This document shows positions 1-11,940 of a stretch of 64,000 bases of DNA, in pieces. Below the pieces are notes generated by a model that saw only the letters and a list, made by a program, of their open reading frames with translations, had not been told where the DNA came from and searched no databases. The translations under genes and the position numbers were made by a program. Position 1 is the first letter of the stretch. The number at the start of each line of letters is the position of its first letter. Source of the DNA: Camelus dromedarius (Eukaryota); assembly GCF_036321535.1 (NCBI RefSeq), contig NC_087437.1, positions 37,078,001 to 37,142,000 on the forward strand, written 5' to 3'.

Positions 1-2001
1 AATTATAGATCTTTATATATTTCTCTACTACCTTTTACATTTTGGCAGGAGGCTGAATTAATGATATGTTGCATTTATTTTACCTGTACAGTTCAGTTCC
101 TTGAGAATCCTGAGAAGTTCAGCAAAAACTACATTGACAGATCTAATCAAGTCATGTGCCGGATACCTTTCTCTTAATGTATCTATGCTGAAGAAGAATT
201 GAAATGGGAATTTTACTCTTAAAAGAGACAGTTCTTTCTTGAACTTTTAGATCAGCAAGCCTGAGAACAGACTGATGTTTTGTGTCAATCCAGTGGAGAT
301 TACGTGAGAAAGGAGATTTAAATCAGTCCTTAAAATACTCAGTTCTTACGCCATTCAACATCTAAGGGTCAGAACTTGGAATAAAGAGGATACATTGAAT
401 TGGAAACTAGATTTCAAAGGAAATCTTTTGGCTCTGGTTTATCTTTCCTTTCTAAGAAATTCACTTTAGTATTGTGTTTCTTAATGATGTCAATAACATC
501 GGTCACTTCCACCCCTGATGGAGAGGTTAATATTAGGAAAGACAATTTTATTTGCAGAAGTAAACGATACTATACATTTTAATATGGAACATACTTGTAC
601 TTTTAATACTTTGATAGTTATTTCATAAAATGTTTATACTATTGAACTTCTTTGTACCATACTGGAGCCTATAATATTGTTACTATTCCTTTTTCATTTA
701 GTAAAATTATTTGAAAAAAGTAACAAAAAATGTATGTGGTGAATATTAGCATGTAAAAATTTTATTAAAATGAATGTGAACTATCTTAAATCTATATAAA
801 ATGTATTTTAGTAAACTTTATTTAATTTACTATTATGTAGTCAAAATTTCAGGAGTTTTAGAGGCACTGGGAAGCCCTAAACAAGAAGTAGAAAACACTG
901 TCTCTACTCTTAGGAAGCCTAAATTCTAGCCAACTAGTATCACAGTTCATAGTTAAAAGAAATAGAATGTAGGAATGTGATCACCTGGGTAAAAAGAATT
1001 TGCATAAGGAGGTTACCTAAACTAGCTCAAATAAGAGGTAAGAAAGCAGGTAAGAGACATTACCAAAACACAGTCCAGCAGCAGGTAACTTAGTCAATTC
1101 AAATAGAACATTAAGAAAAAAAAGAATGAAACCCAGCAGTACGCCAATAGGGTATTTATTACCATAAGCAGAAATAGCAGCAAGACAATGGTGATTAATT
1201 TGAGATTCAATCCTATTCTGCTGAAAACGCTGCTATTTCTGCAAGCTTTATTGCATTGCTTCCACGCAATATAAAATGCTACTGTTTAAGGCAAGGGAAT
1301 TTCTGATAATTGATAAGGAGGTAAAACAAACAAGAAAAAGAGAACATTCTTGATATAAGTTGAATGTTGAAAAATAGACTTATGTTTAGAACATCTGGGG
1401 CTAGAGAAAGAAGACCTAGGTAACAAAGGCAGATAAGAAAAAAATGGTTTTTCTGAAATATATAACAATTGAAATATACCACCAATATTTAATATTTTGT
1501 TGAATTTACCATAGTGTGATGCTTTAAAAAGGAGTGACTATGTATTAATAATAAAATAGAAAATAGATTTAGATATATTTTTCAGAATTTATGACAGAAA
1601 AATATTTTATATTAATATGTGATATTGTAATTATTACCAGCAAGTAAGTCATACCAAGTGGTCAGTGCAAGGGAGAGATAAATGTATTAAGGACTAAATC
1701 AATTTTCTTTTAAATTTTAGTCTCTTTTCTTGGCAAATTGGATGATTATATATCTGTTAGGCTGAATTGAGAGTACCAACAATTACCATTATATATTTTG
1801 AATTATTTTGCTTGAAGTAATTTATGTATTTAATATTATTTTTTAAATGTTTACAATTGCTAAAGAACACAACTTGCATTTACTGAATATTGGTTTCTAC
1901 AAAGAACTGCAGATTCTCATCTTTGTGTCTCCCTCTCTTTACTTCATTTCTGGATGGGAAGCGATATGTGTCACAGGTTCAAAGTGCTGAAGGTTGGCAG
2001 A

Positions 2002-2403
2002 TGTAAAAGGGGAATTCTAATCTCTCTTTTCTTCCTGGAAACAGGAGATTAAAAACTCCCATATGAAAGATGCCCTTCCTGTACCAAGAGAAAAGAAACA
2101 CTGATGGCGTCAAAGCCAAGAGAATTCTTAACAAACAGACCTTACTCAAATAAATCTTATCTTCCTTTAGCTACGTCACATAGTTTACTTTTCCACAACT
2201 GCCTGTTTATTCAACCTAATATTAAAGCAAGTAGGTTTCACCATTTCTTTGGATCTTCATTTGCTTATGAGAGCTCCTATGTCACATAAAGCACATGCAT
2301 ATAAACTGCGCTTTTCCTCCTGTTAATTTGTTTTATGTCAGTTTTATTCTCAAACCTAGCCAAAAAACCCTGAGGGTAGAGATAAATTTTTACCTCCTCT
2401 ATA
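2002..2403 (+). mobile_element. ERV1-class solo LTR fragment (MER34/MER39-like), probably 5'-truncated
   Basis: 3' end '...gggtagagataaatttttacctcctctata' and internal 'ttcaccatttctttggatcttcatt...tatgtcacataaa' resemble MER34-group LTRs as recalled. A similar element lies at 47088-47578. Confidence 0.55.
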
Positions 2404-2955
2404 CCTTATATTTCAAATTTTCTCCAACTCATATAACAAAGAGAATACACTGGGGTTAAGGCCAAAAGCTGCGATTAACAATGTGTTTACTGAGAGTTCT
2501 CTCCAGTCCACTGGGCTTCTATCATAGATGAAGCACTAGGTAACAGTAAGCAGTCTATAACAATTCAAGGGTGCTGGGTTAGTCATATTTTGTCTGCTAC
2601 TATCAGATGTGGGACCAATGTTCTTGATCATAATATTGAATATTTGACATTTGAAAACTCAATCAACTGTCCAATTCAGAACAGAAGATGAAGAATGATT
2701 AACTGATCAATTTCTGCATCAAATAGTTCTTTTATAAACATCTGTTGCATATCCAGCATTTTTCTACATTTACTGAGGAAGGAAATCAAAAGAATAGAAA
2801 GAGTGGAAAAAATCTTAAGGAATTTAAGATAAAAAACTAAAATATTCAAGGAAATGTATCAGCCAGTGCTTGTCAATATAAGTTTTATGGATAGATATTG
2901 TTATTAGAGGCCATTTAGGGTGTGGAATTTTTCTCAAAGAAACAAAATAGGATTA

Positions 2956-3665
2956 AAGAGGCAAAAGACCTATACTCTGAAAAATACAAGATATTGATGA
3001 AAGAAACTGAAGATGACATAAACAGATGGAAAGATATATCATGTTCTTGGATTGAAAGAATCAGTATTGTTAAAATGACCATACTATCTAAGGAAATCTA
3101 CATTTTCAATGCAACCCCTATCAAATTACCAGTGACATTTTTCACAGAACTAGAACAAATAATTTTACAATTTGTATGGAAAGCAAAAGATCCCAAATAG
3201 CCAAAACAATCTTGAGTGTGAAGAACGAAGCTGGAGGAATCATGCTCCCTGACTTAAGACTATACTTCAAAGCTACAGTAATTAAAACAGTATGGTACTG
3301 GTGCAAAAAACAGACACACAGATCAATGGAACAGGATAGAAAGCCCAGAAATAAACCCTTATAAACACTTATGGTTAATTAATCTACAGCATAGGAGGCA
3401 TGAATATACAATGGAGAAAAGACAGTCTCTTCAATAAATGGTGCTGGAAAAACACAAGAGCTGCATATAAAAGAATGAAATTAGAAAATTCTCTACAATC
3501 ATATACAAAAATAAACTCAAAATGGATTAAAGACCTAAATGTAACACTGCATACTATAAAACTCCTAGAGGAAAGCATAGGCAGAACACTCCTTGACATA
3601 GAATACAATATTATTTTTTTTGGATCCATCTCCTAGAGTATTGGAAAGAAAAGCAAAAACAAAAC

Positions 3666-3700
<35 letters not shown>

Positions 3701-4775
3701 TGAGATCTAATCAAACTTAAAAGTTTTTGCACAGCAAAGGAAATCACAAACAAAATGAAAAGACAATCTACAGAAGGGAGAAAATATTCTCAAATGACAC
3801 AAATGACAAGGAATTAATTTCCAAAATATAAAAGCAGCTCAAACAAACAATCCAATTAAAAAATGGGCAGAATACCTAAATGGATATTTCTCCAAAGGAG
3901 ACACAGACAGCCAAGAGGCACATGAAAAAATGCTCAACATTGCTAATTATCAGAGAAATGCAAATCAAAACTACAATAAGGTATCATCTCACACAGGTCA
4001 GAATGGCCATCATCAAAAAGTCTACAAATAATAAATGTCTGAGAGAGTGTGGAGAAAAGGAAACCCTCCTACACTGTTGGTGGGAATGCAAATTGCTGCA
4101 GCCACTATGGAGAATAGTATGGAGGTTCCTTTAAAAACTTAAAATACAGTCACCATGTGATCCAGCAATCCCACCCCTAAGCATATATCTGGAAAAGGTG
4201 AAAACTCTAATTCAAAAAGATACATGTACCCCATTGTTCATAGCAGCTCTATTTACAATTGCCAAGACATGGAAGCAACTTAAACGTCCGCTGACAAATG
4301 AGTGGATAAAGAGTAAGTGGTATATACATACAATGGAATGTTACTCAGCCATAAAATAGAATAAAACAATGCCATTTGCAGCAACATGGATGGACCTAGA
4401 GATTATCTTACTAGGTGAAGCCAGACAGAGAAAAATAAATATCGTATGGTATCACATATGTGGAATCTAAAAAAAAATGACACAAATGAACTTATTTATA
4501 AAACAGAAATAGGTTCAAAGACATAGAAAACAAATTTATGGTTACCAAAGGGGAAACAGATGGAGGGATAAATCAGAAGTTTGAGATTAACAGATGCACA
4601 CTACTACATATAAAATAGATAAATAAGAACCTATTATATAGCATAGGGAACTATATTCAACATCTTATAATAACCTATAATGAAAAAGAATCTAAAAAAG
4701 AACAATCACTTTGCTGTACACCTGAAACTAACACAACATTGTAAATCAACTACACTTCAATAAAAAAAGAAAAAA
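2956..4775 (+). mobile_element. 5'-truncated LINE-1 (ORF2 C-terminal portion + 3' UTR + A-rich tail), cetartiodactyl-type, with 20-bp TSD
   Basis: Translates to canonical L1 ORF2p motifs ([63 protein letters not shown]), split by frameshifts. AATAAA is followed by an A-tail. TSD aaagaaacaaaataggatta (2936-2955) vs aaagaaacaaagtaggatta (4776-4795), 19/20 match. Confidence 0.95.
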
Positions 4776-5310
4776 AAAGAAACAAAGTAGGATTATTAAA
4801 TTAAGTGATTTCTATATCTTCATTATTTTCCTTATATTCTATATAGTATTTTTGTTTTAAAATATCACATTTTGTATATCAATGACATTTAATAAGACTC
4901 AAATATAATTTGAAAACACATGAAAGCCATATTAAAAATGAGCAGTGTAAAGTTAATATAAACAATTTAATTAGCATATAACTTTCTTTTAAGAAGAAAT
5001 GGCATACTGTATTTCTCTTATTACCCTCCACGATATCTAAAACATCATTCTGCTTATAGTGAGTAAGCTGACTGCTTCTTTAGTACAAAGAGTATAAAAT
5101 TCATTTTTTTATATTCCTAGGGCCTACCCTACATCTGACACAGAAAGCATTTATTGATCATGTATTTAAATGAATGCATGAATGAATAAATGATGGTATG
5201 ATGAATGAGAGAAAAATATGTAACAGTCTTGGGAGTTATGGTTGATATCGCCCCACTATTCTGTGCCCTCTAGCTCATCACTCAAAACAACCTAAGTATA
5301 TACGTAAATA

Positions 5311-5390
5311 TATAGATATAGATATAGATATAGATATAGATATAGATAGATACATACATACATACATACACACACATTTATACACACATA
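5311..5390. repeat. (TAGATA)n followed by (TACA)n/(CA)n simple repeat
   Basis: Directly visible tandem units. Confidence 0.85.
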
Positions 5391-6526
5391 TTTATTTATG
5401 CATATATGTAGATATACAAGTTTGGAGATTGATATTACATAAAAAGGTTACAAGATTATTGCAGTTGTAATCTGGGATTTCTTAAATAAGAATTAAGAAT
5501 TTACTAAATATTAATTCTGAATGGCTTACTTGATGAGGCATAAAATAATTTTTTGAGATCTTTAAGCTATGAGAAGGTATAATTTCAAGTTTGGTTCTAG
5601 AAACTGAAAATAGTCAGAAGGTCTACTCCCAGCTCGTGAAATGTTTTCCATATGAAATTAAGCTACTATTAATGTCAACTTTGAACCATGTATAAACCGA
5701 AACCCAGTCCCTCGTGTGGTATTTTTGCTATTTGCTTTCTATGATAAGCTGTCTTCAGGTTTTTAAATTTTTACTTTCAGTGTGGTTCACGTCTATGCCT
5801 CATCTTAGTTTGTAATATAACTCAATAATAAAGTAGGCTTTTAGAGACATGTGGGTCTTTATGCTCCTAAATCCATGTAATTAATTAGTACATTTAAAAT
5901 AAATATTAATAATGCTTATATCTCATGATTTGAGGAACCATAATAAAGCTTCTTTGCAGTGTTGTTCCTTTTGACTTTGCCAAGTTAGAAGTGTAATGCT
6001 GATTCAGCATTAGCATACTTAGGTGCCTCAGGGCTTTTTCCATGAAGAAAGAGTTTTGGCACTTTCTTTTCTTGCTTCTCCAAAATCTTTGTACTGATTT
6101 TGTGGGTCATGGGGTGAGGCCCATTTGTTTAATAAGATTTCTGGTTGATATTGCAGGTGGACTGAAAAGTTGAAACTTAACTATACATTCCTTTAAGTAT
6201 CATAATTAGCCTCTTATATCTGCTCAGAAGCTAAGTAATGAGCACATCTGAAAATGCAGATAATAGCAGAATGTAAGTTCTGCTGGCTTAAGCTACTTCA
6301 AAATCCCCATGGGTTGAATGTCTTCTTTTAGCCAAACTGAATCAGGTTGGTCTAAGATGCCCTAATATAACATTGAAGGATATAAGCCAACTTACCTGCT
6401 TAGATGCCAGGAGCTATACTTGAGTCAAATAGAGAATAGAGTCATTGTTCAAAGCCAAGCATATATATATATAAAAATATATATATATATTTAAGAAATA
6501 TACGTTTAAAGTGTATATATACAGTT

Positions 6527-6574
6527 TGTGTGTGTGTGTGTGTGTGTATACACACACACACACACACACACACA
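6527..6574. repeat. Compound microsatellite (TG)10-TATA-(CA)12
   Basis: Directly visible. Positions 6527-6570 form a perfect 44-bp palindrome. Confidence 0.95.
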
Positions 6575-6972
6575 TACTTTTTTACTTAATTGTTCAGGTT
6601 CAGAGTGAGCATGGACATTCTTTCTCCTTAAAAAAAAAGACTCAAGTTTTGTTTGTTTATTTTTTTTCTTCTTATGACTGTACATGACATACAGGCACAA
6701 CTACATGGATTGTGCCATAGGCCTTTAAAGCAATGACTGGGTAATTCAAATATGAAAATATTAGAGAATTGTACTTGGGCCTAAGCAGAATGGGCTGGGA
6801 GGAATAAGAAAGAGACTTACACAATCATCCCTTTGAGTTAACAATATAGACTCCTAAGGAATTTTGGAGCAGAAAATCAAGTTAGATCCATGACTAATTC
6901 CGAAGTCTGCGTGGCTAAAATGGGCTGATTGAGAGGAAGGAACTTAAGGGTTCCTCCAGTCCCAATAGAGGA

Positions 6973-7168
6973 TTCCAATACTCTATTTACTAGCTACATG
7001 TGACTATTTAAAATCAAATTAATTAAAGTTATGCTAAATTAAAATTTCGGTTCCTCGGTCACAGAGCCGATATTTCCAGTGCTCAATAACCACATGTGCC
7101 TAGGATATCGGGAAGCCCAGATATAGAGAATTTCTAACATTGCAGATAGTTTTGTTGGAATGAGCTGC
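6973..7168 (-). mobile_element. MER3-like hAT-Charlie MITE
   Basis: 'actagctacatgtgactatttaaa...ttcctcggtcaca...ttccagtgctcaataaccacatgtg...atttctaacattgcagatagttttgttgga' follows the recalled MER3 consensus in reverse complement. Confidence 0.75.
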
Positions 7169-7899
7169 TCTGGAGTAATGGCACTGAAGAAGATCTCACC
7201 ACTGTTGACTCCTGGTGGGTCACAAATCCAAAGAGTAGCTGCCATCATTGAGCTGAAAATTCCTGCCCAGTTGGCCTAAAGCCACCCTTAAAGAAAGTGT
7301 TATTTTAAAATCACCTTGGTCCACTTTCAAGACTCCTCAATATTGGCTAAACTTTTTCTATGTATTTCCTATATCATTATTTAATATTATTTTTTAATTG
7401 TCCCTGATCTACAATGAATATTGTATTAATAATATATTTAACAGCAATTCTACTTTTACCTAATTTCCTATTAAAAACCATCTATGAAATGCATGTAACA
7501 AACTAATTTTATTTTTGTATTTGTTTCTTTAGGATCACCCACCCATTAAATTTATTTAGTATATTTTATCTGCTTTTCACACATATTACACTTTATTTCC
7601 TATATGATCTTTGACATTCCAAATTATTTTTCTATTGTATTTCCTCAATTTCAACAGCATTCTTTTCATCTTCTTCTGCTCTCAATATCCTCTACTTTAG
7701 ACATTTTAATCTACTCTTTGATAACTTCTTAAATTATTATTAAGACAAATATCAAAAGTACTTCAAAGTAGACAATATAGTGTAATGATTCCTTACGACC
7801 CCTTTCACCTGTTTTGATGATTACCAAGTCATGATTAAAATTTTCATCTATACTACCACCCACTTCAAGCAACTCTCAAGTTTTTTTTGAAGTAACTTA

Positions 7900-8285
7900 A
7901 AACATGGTATTATACATGATTCCATTTATATAACACTCTCTAAAGGACAAAACTATAGAGATGGAAAACAGATTAGTGGCTGCTATGGGAAAGGAATGGC
8001 ATAAAGGAGTTCCTTTGTGGTCACAGGTGATTTTTGTGGTGGTTGAACAAATCATTACATGGAATAAACCTGTCAGAATTATATAAATACACACATATAG
8101 AAATGCAGGTTAAAAACAATGACAATTGAATAAGATCTATAGTTAGCAGTGATGTACGAACATCATTTTCTTGGTTTTGATATTGCACTTCAGCTACACT
8201 ATGTCACCATTAAAGGAAACTTGACACTTCACACTATTTGTAAAATTTTCAGTCTATAATTATTTCAAAATAAAAGGATTTAAAA
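7900..8285 (+). mobile_element. Ancient L1M (L1MC/MD-like) 3' UTR fragment
   Basis: 'atgattccatttatataac...ggacaaaactatagagatggaaaacagattagtggctgc' through 'tctataattatttcaaaataaaa' is typical of L1M 3' ends. Confidence 0.7.
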
Positions 8286-8289
8286 AATT

Positions 8290-10010
8290 AATTTTAATAG
8301 AATTAAACTACTAAAATACTTAGGAGCATACTGAACAAAATAAGTGAAAGACCTGTAGCCAGAGCATGAAATATTTCTGAGAAAAGATAAAGATCTAAAT
8401 TATTGGAGAGATATATCATGCCTATAGATTTGAAGAGTCAATACTGTGAAAATGTCAATCTCTCAAAATTGATCTATAGATTCAAAGTAATCACAATCAT
8501 AATTCCAGCAGAATTTCTTATAAAAATTGACATGTGAATCTATACTTTACATGGAAATACAAAAACCTAAAAATAAAACTATTATAAGATAATAATAATA
8601 CAGTAATAGTAGCATGATGATAGAAAAAAAATATCAAAGGCAGAGAATAGATGGTCTAGAAATAGACTCACACATATCGGTCAGTTATTTTTGGTAAAGT
8701 TGCCAAGGTAATTTAATAAAGTAAGGTTTTTCAATAAATTATATTTAAAATATTATATGTCCACATATGAAAAAAAGAATATCAACCCTTACTTTATGCT
8801 ACATACAGTATTTAATTTGGGGTAGATGTATATCTAAACATAAAAAACAAAACTATAAATCTTATAAAACATGGGAGAATATCTTCATGACTTGAGAACA
8901 GATACAAAAAGAGCCTTAAAAATTTAAAGGAGTAAATTAAAAGCTAGACATCATCAAATTTAAAAATGCTGCTCATCAAATAACACTATTAAAAATCAAT
9001 AAGCAAACCATAATCTGGAAGAAATTGTTTGCAAAATATTTACCTTACAAAAAAACTAAATCAAATATACAAAAATTTCCATATGACAATAAGATGACAA
9101 ACAAGTCAATAAATAAAAATGGACAAAGATTTGAACAGACATGCCACAAAGGGAGATAAAAATGAAGAAAAGTTAAGAATGTGAAATTACTTGTCATCTA
9201 GGAAATTCAAATTAAAACCACAATAACATACTATTATAAAACAAGTTTGGCTGAAATTTAAAAGTTTGAGAACACTGAATGTTAACTACAGAGAGCAACT
9301 GGAACTCTTACACATTTGCAGTGGGTACGTAAAATTACACAATGGAAAATGCTTTGGTGATGTATTATAGAGGGAAACATACAGCCGTCCTAGGACATAG
9401 GGATTTCATTTGTAGGTATTTATCCAAGAGAAATGAAAATATATGCCAACAAAAAATGTCTGTTCGAATGTTCATAATCACTCTATTCACAATAGCTAAA
9501 CAGTAGAAATAACACAAACACGTATCAGTAAGAACTGATAAATAGATGTATATTTATACTTAATTTAATTAATTTATACTTAATCACAAAAAGGAACGAA
9601 CTACTGAAGCATGCAAAAAAATGCATAAATCTAGTGGACACTATGCTGAAAGAAAGAATCCAGGAACAGAAAAGTACTACTATATAACACCATTCGTATG
9701 AATTTTTAGAACAAATGTAGATAGGATAGGAATAACTAATATATGTTAAAAAAAAATAGAGTGGTGGTGGCCTTGGGCAGAGGAATATTAATTGAGAAGA
9801 GAATGAGGGAACTTTCTGAGATTATGGTTATGTTCTATTTCTTATTAGGGTCTGGTTACACAGGTGTACACGTGTAAGCTCAAAGCTCAAACTGTACACA
9901 AGATTTGTTCATTTCACTGCATGTATATTGAAACTAAAACCATTATAAAATACTGAATTTTTGTTCATTGGTTTCCATTTAACTGTGGTATCAGTTAGTG
10001 ATTCTGAAAC
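8290..10010 (+). mobile_element. Ancient degraded L1M (ORF2 3' part + 3' UTR)
   Basis: Decayed ORF2 landmarks (ttggagagatatatcatg, aaattgatctatagattcaa, atggacaaagatttgaacagaca, ggtatttatccaagagaaatgaaaa) occur in the correct order. Confidence 0.8.
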
Positions 10011-10073
10011 TACGAAACTATGTATATTTATACATATAGTGGCACAAACACTTTGTCATATACATGTGTACAC

Positions 10074-10109
10074 AGAGAGAGAGAGAGGGAGAGAGAAAGA
10101 GAGAGAGAA
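10074..10109. repeat. (GA)n microsatellite, imperfect
   Basis: Directly visible. Confidence 0.8.
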
Positions 10110-10249
10110 TGAATGAGTCACTGAAGCTATATTACTCACCAAAAATGATACACCAAATGAAACATTTAATTTTGTATGAAGCATTCTAGAAAGTCTTTCC
10201 TAACATAAGCCAATTGTACAAATCTCTGCTAGAGGCTAAGGAATCAGCC

Positions 10250-11270
10250 AAGCATTAATCCAGAAGGGTATCTAGTTCTGAGGAAAAAAAACACTTGAAA
10301 TAGGTGGTGTGAAATAAAAGATCTGATGTGCTAAAAGGTCAGGAAGAAGGACAGTGTGGAAGGAATATAGTCAAAAATAAATTCAGAGTGTTAGAGTTAA
10401 AAATATAAGACCTTGTAGATCTTTGTAAAGATTTCTTGTTTTACTCTGAGGGTAACAGGAAGATATTATGTAGTTTAAAGCAAAGGATTGATTGTTGTGA
10501 AAAGACAGTTAAAAGGCAACAGTGGAAACAAAAAGCCATGTCAGAGACAATGGTAACTTGATATAAGATGATAACTAAACAGAGGTGGTAGAAGTGGTTG
10601 GATTTTAGATTTCAGAATTTAGATTCATTGATGTAAAATGTATACACTAGATATGCAATTTATGTTTTAGATCTTTTGATTTAGGTAGATCTCTTACAAG
10701 ATTTGTTCATTTTAGAGATGTTAAACAAGCAGTTGGAAATGTGTTTGGATTCAAACTGGAGAAATATATTTGGAAGGTATCAGTGTTAGGTTACACATAA
10801 ACCTATGAGTTTGAATGCAACAATCAGGAAAGTTGGAGTAGACCAAACAGATCAGAAAGCCAAGGCTGATCTTAGGGTACTCCATGGTTTAGAGTTTAAG
10901 GGATAAGGAGGAATTTACGAAGGAGAATGCAAAGCACCAGACAGAGAGTCAATTGTAGAAATGAGTGAGGTGATGTCCCAGGAGCAAGAACACAAGGTTT
11001 CAAGCTAGAGGGGTTGATCAATTCTGTCAAAGATTGCCAACAGTGAAGAAATGCGAAGACTCACATTTTGTCATTGGAGATTATTGCTAATACTAGCAAA
11101 AACTATTTTATTTAGTGGTGAAGTCAAAGCCTAGTTACAGTGCCTACCAGAAATGACACACGAGGGGAAGCATGTCTAATTTTGAAAGGAGAAAATTTAT
11201 TCCAAAGACAGTAGAAAGATGGGATCATTGTTGGAGAAAGTGTAAGGCTCAAGATGGAAGAAACTGCAGC
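10250..11270 (-). mobile_element. LINE-2 fragment
   Basis: Purine-rich tract with L2 antisense landmarks (ttttactctgag, ggtggtagaagtggttggatt, aagcagttggaaat, gggttgatcaattctgtcaaa). Highly diverged. Confidence 0.6.
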
Positions 11271-11379
11271 TACTAAGAAAGATCAATTAAGAAACAAAAT
11301 ATTTTAAAAGGCATGAAAGAGAGGGAAGAATTTCTGGGGTAATGTCTTCAAATAAGCAAGTTAGACGGAATTGAAGAAT

Positions 11380-11940
11380 ATTATTAAAAACAAAATCTTC
11401 AGGCAACCCAGAAAACCTCTCCACAAAAGCAGAAGAGAAAGCAAATAGTTTTATTACTAAATAAGTTTTTAAAACAAAAAGAAAATTCATCCTTTTATAT
11501 AACCAGATGATACAACCCACTGACATACACATTCTCAGTATAAACAATAACAAGTTCTCAAGTAAGAGGATCTAACAGCATCATTTGTCCACATAGTTCA
11601 TCCTAGTTTCACCTGGTAATTGGGGTGGCCATTTGTATTTGCTAACTGGCTTTTTTCCTAAAGGAAAAATAAACATATCTTTATGACAGGAGGAACTTTA
11701 GTGACTTAAAGTAAGGTGCCCACTGAAGTTAGGCTCTTACCCTCCAAAAGAAACTAGAATGCTATCTTTCTTGATAATTACATTTCAAAGAGGTGGCTCT
11801 CGGGATATTTAAGACATTCCTTGGTCTTAAAGCTGGCAAGACACTTATTTAGCTTTTAAAAAGATTTACACACATTTTAAAGAGAAAAAAGTTACAAGTG
11901 TCCTAAAGAAAATGTTCCAAGAAAAAGGGGGGAGGACAAG
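11380..11940 (-). mobile_element. Probable ERV1-class LTR fragment
   Basis: General LTR-like character ('ctgaagttaggctcttaccc', 'ttacatttcaaagaggtggctct') and a minus-strand AATAAA near 11450. Family not resolved. Confidence 0.4.

Noticed and set aside
2922..4134. ORFs 2922-3200, 3176-3364, 3400-3636 and 3880-4134 as host genes
   Set aside because: They are frameshifted pieces of L1 ORF2p. The overlapping minus-strand ORFs are antisense shadows.
6391..6460. Minus-strand consensus donor CAG|GTAAGT near 6395
   Set aside because: No convincing acceptor or recognisable coding frame upstream; isolated donors are common by chance.
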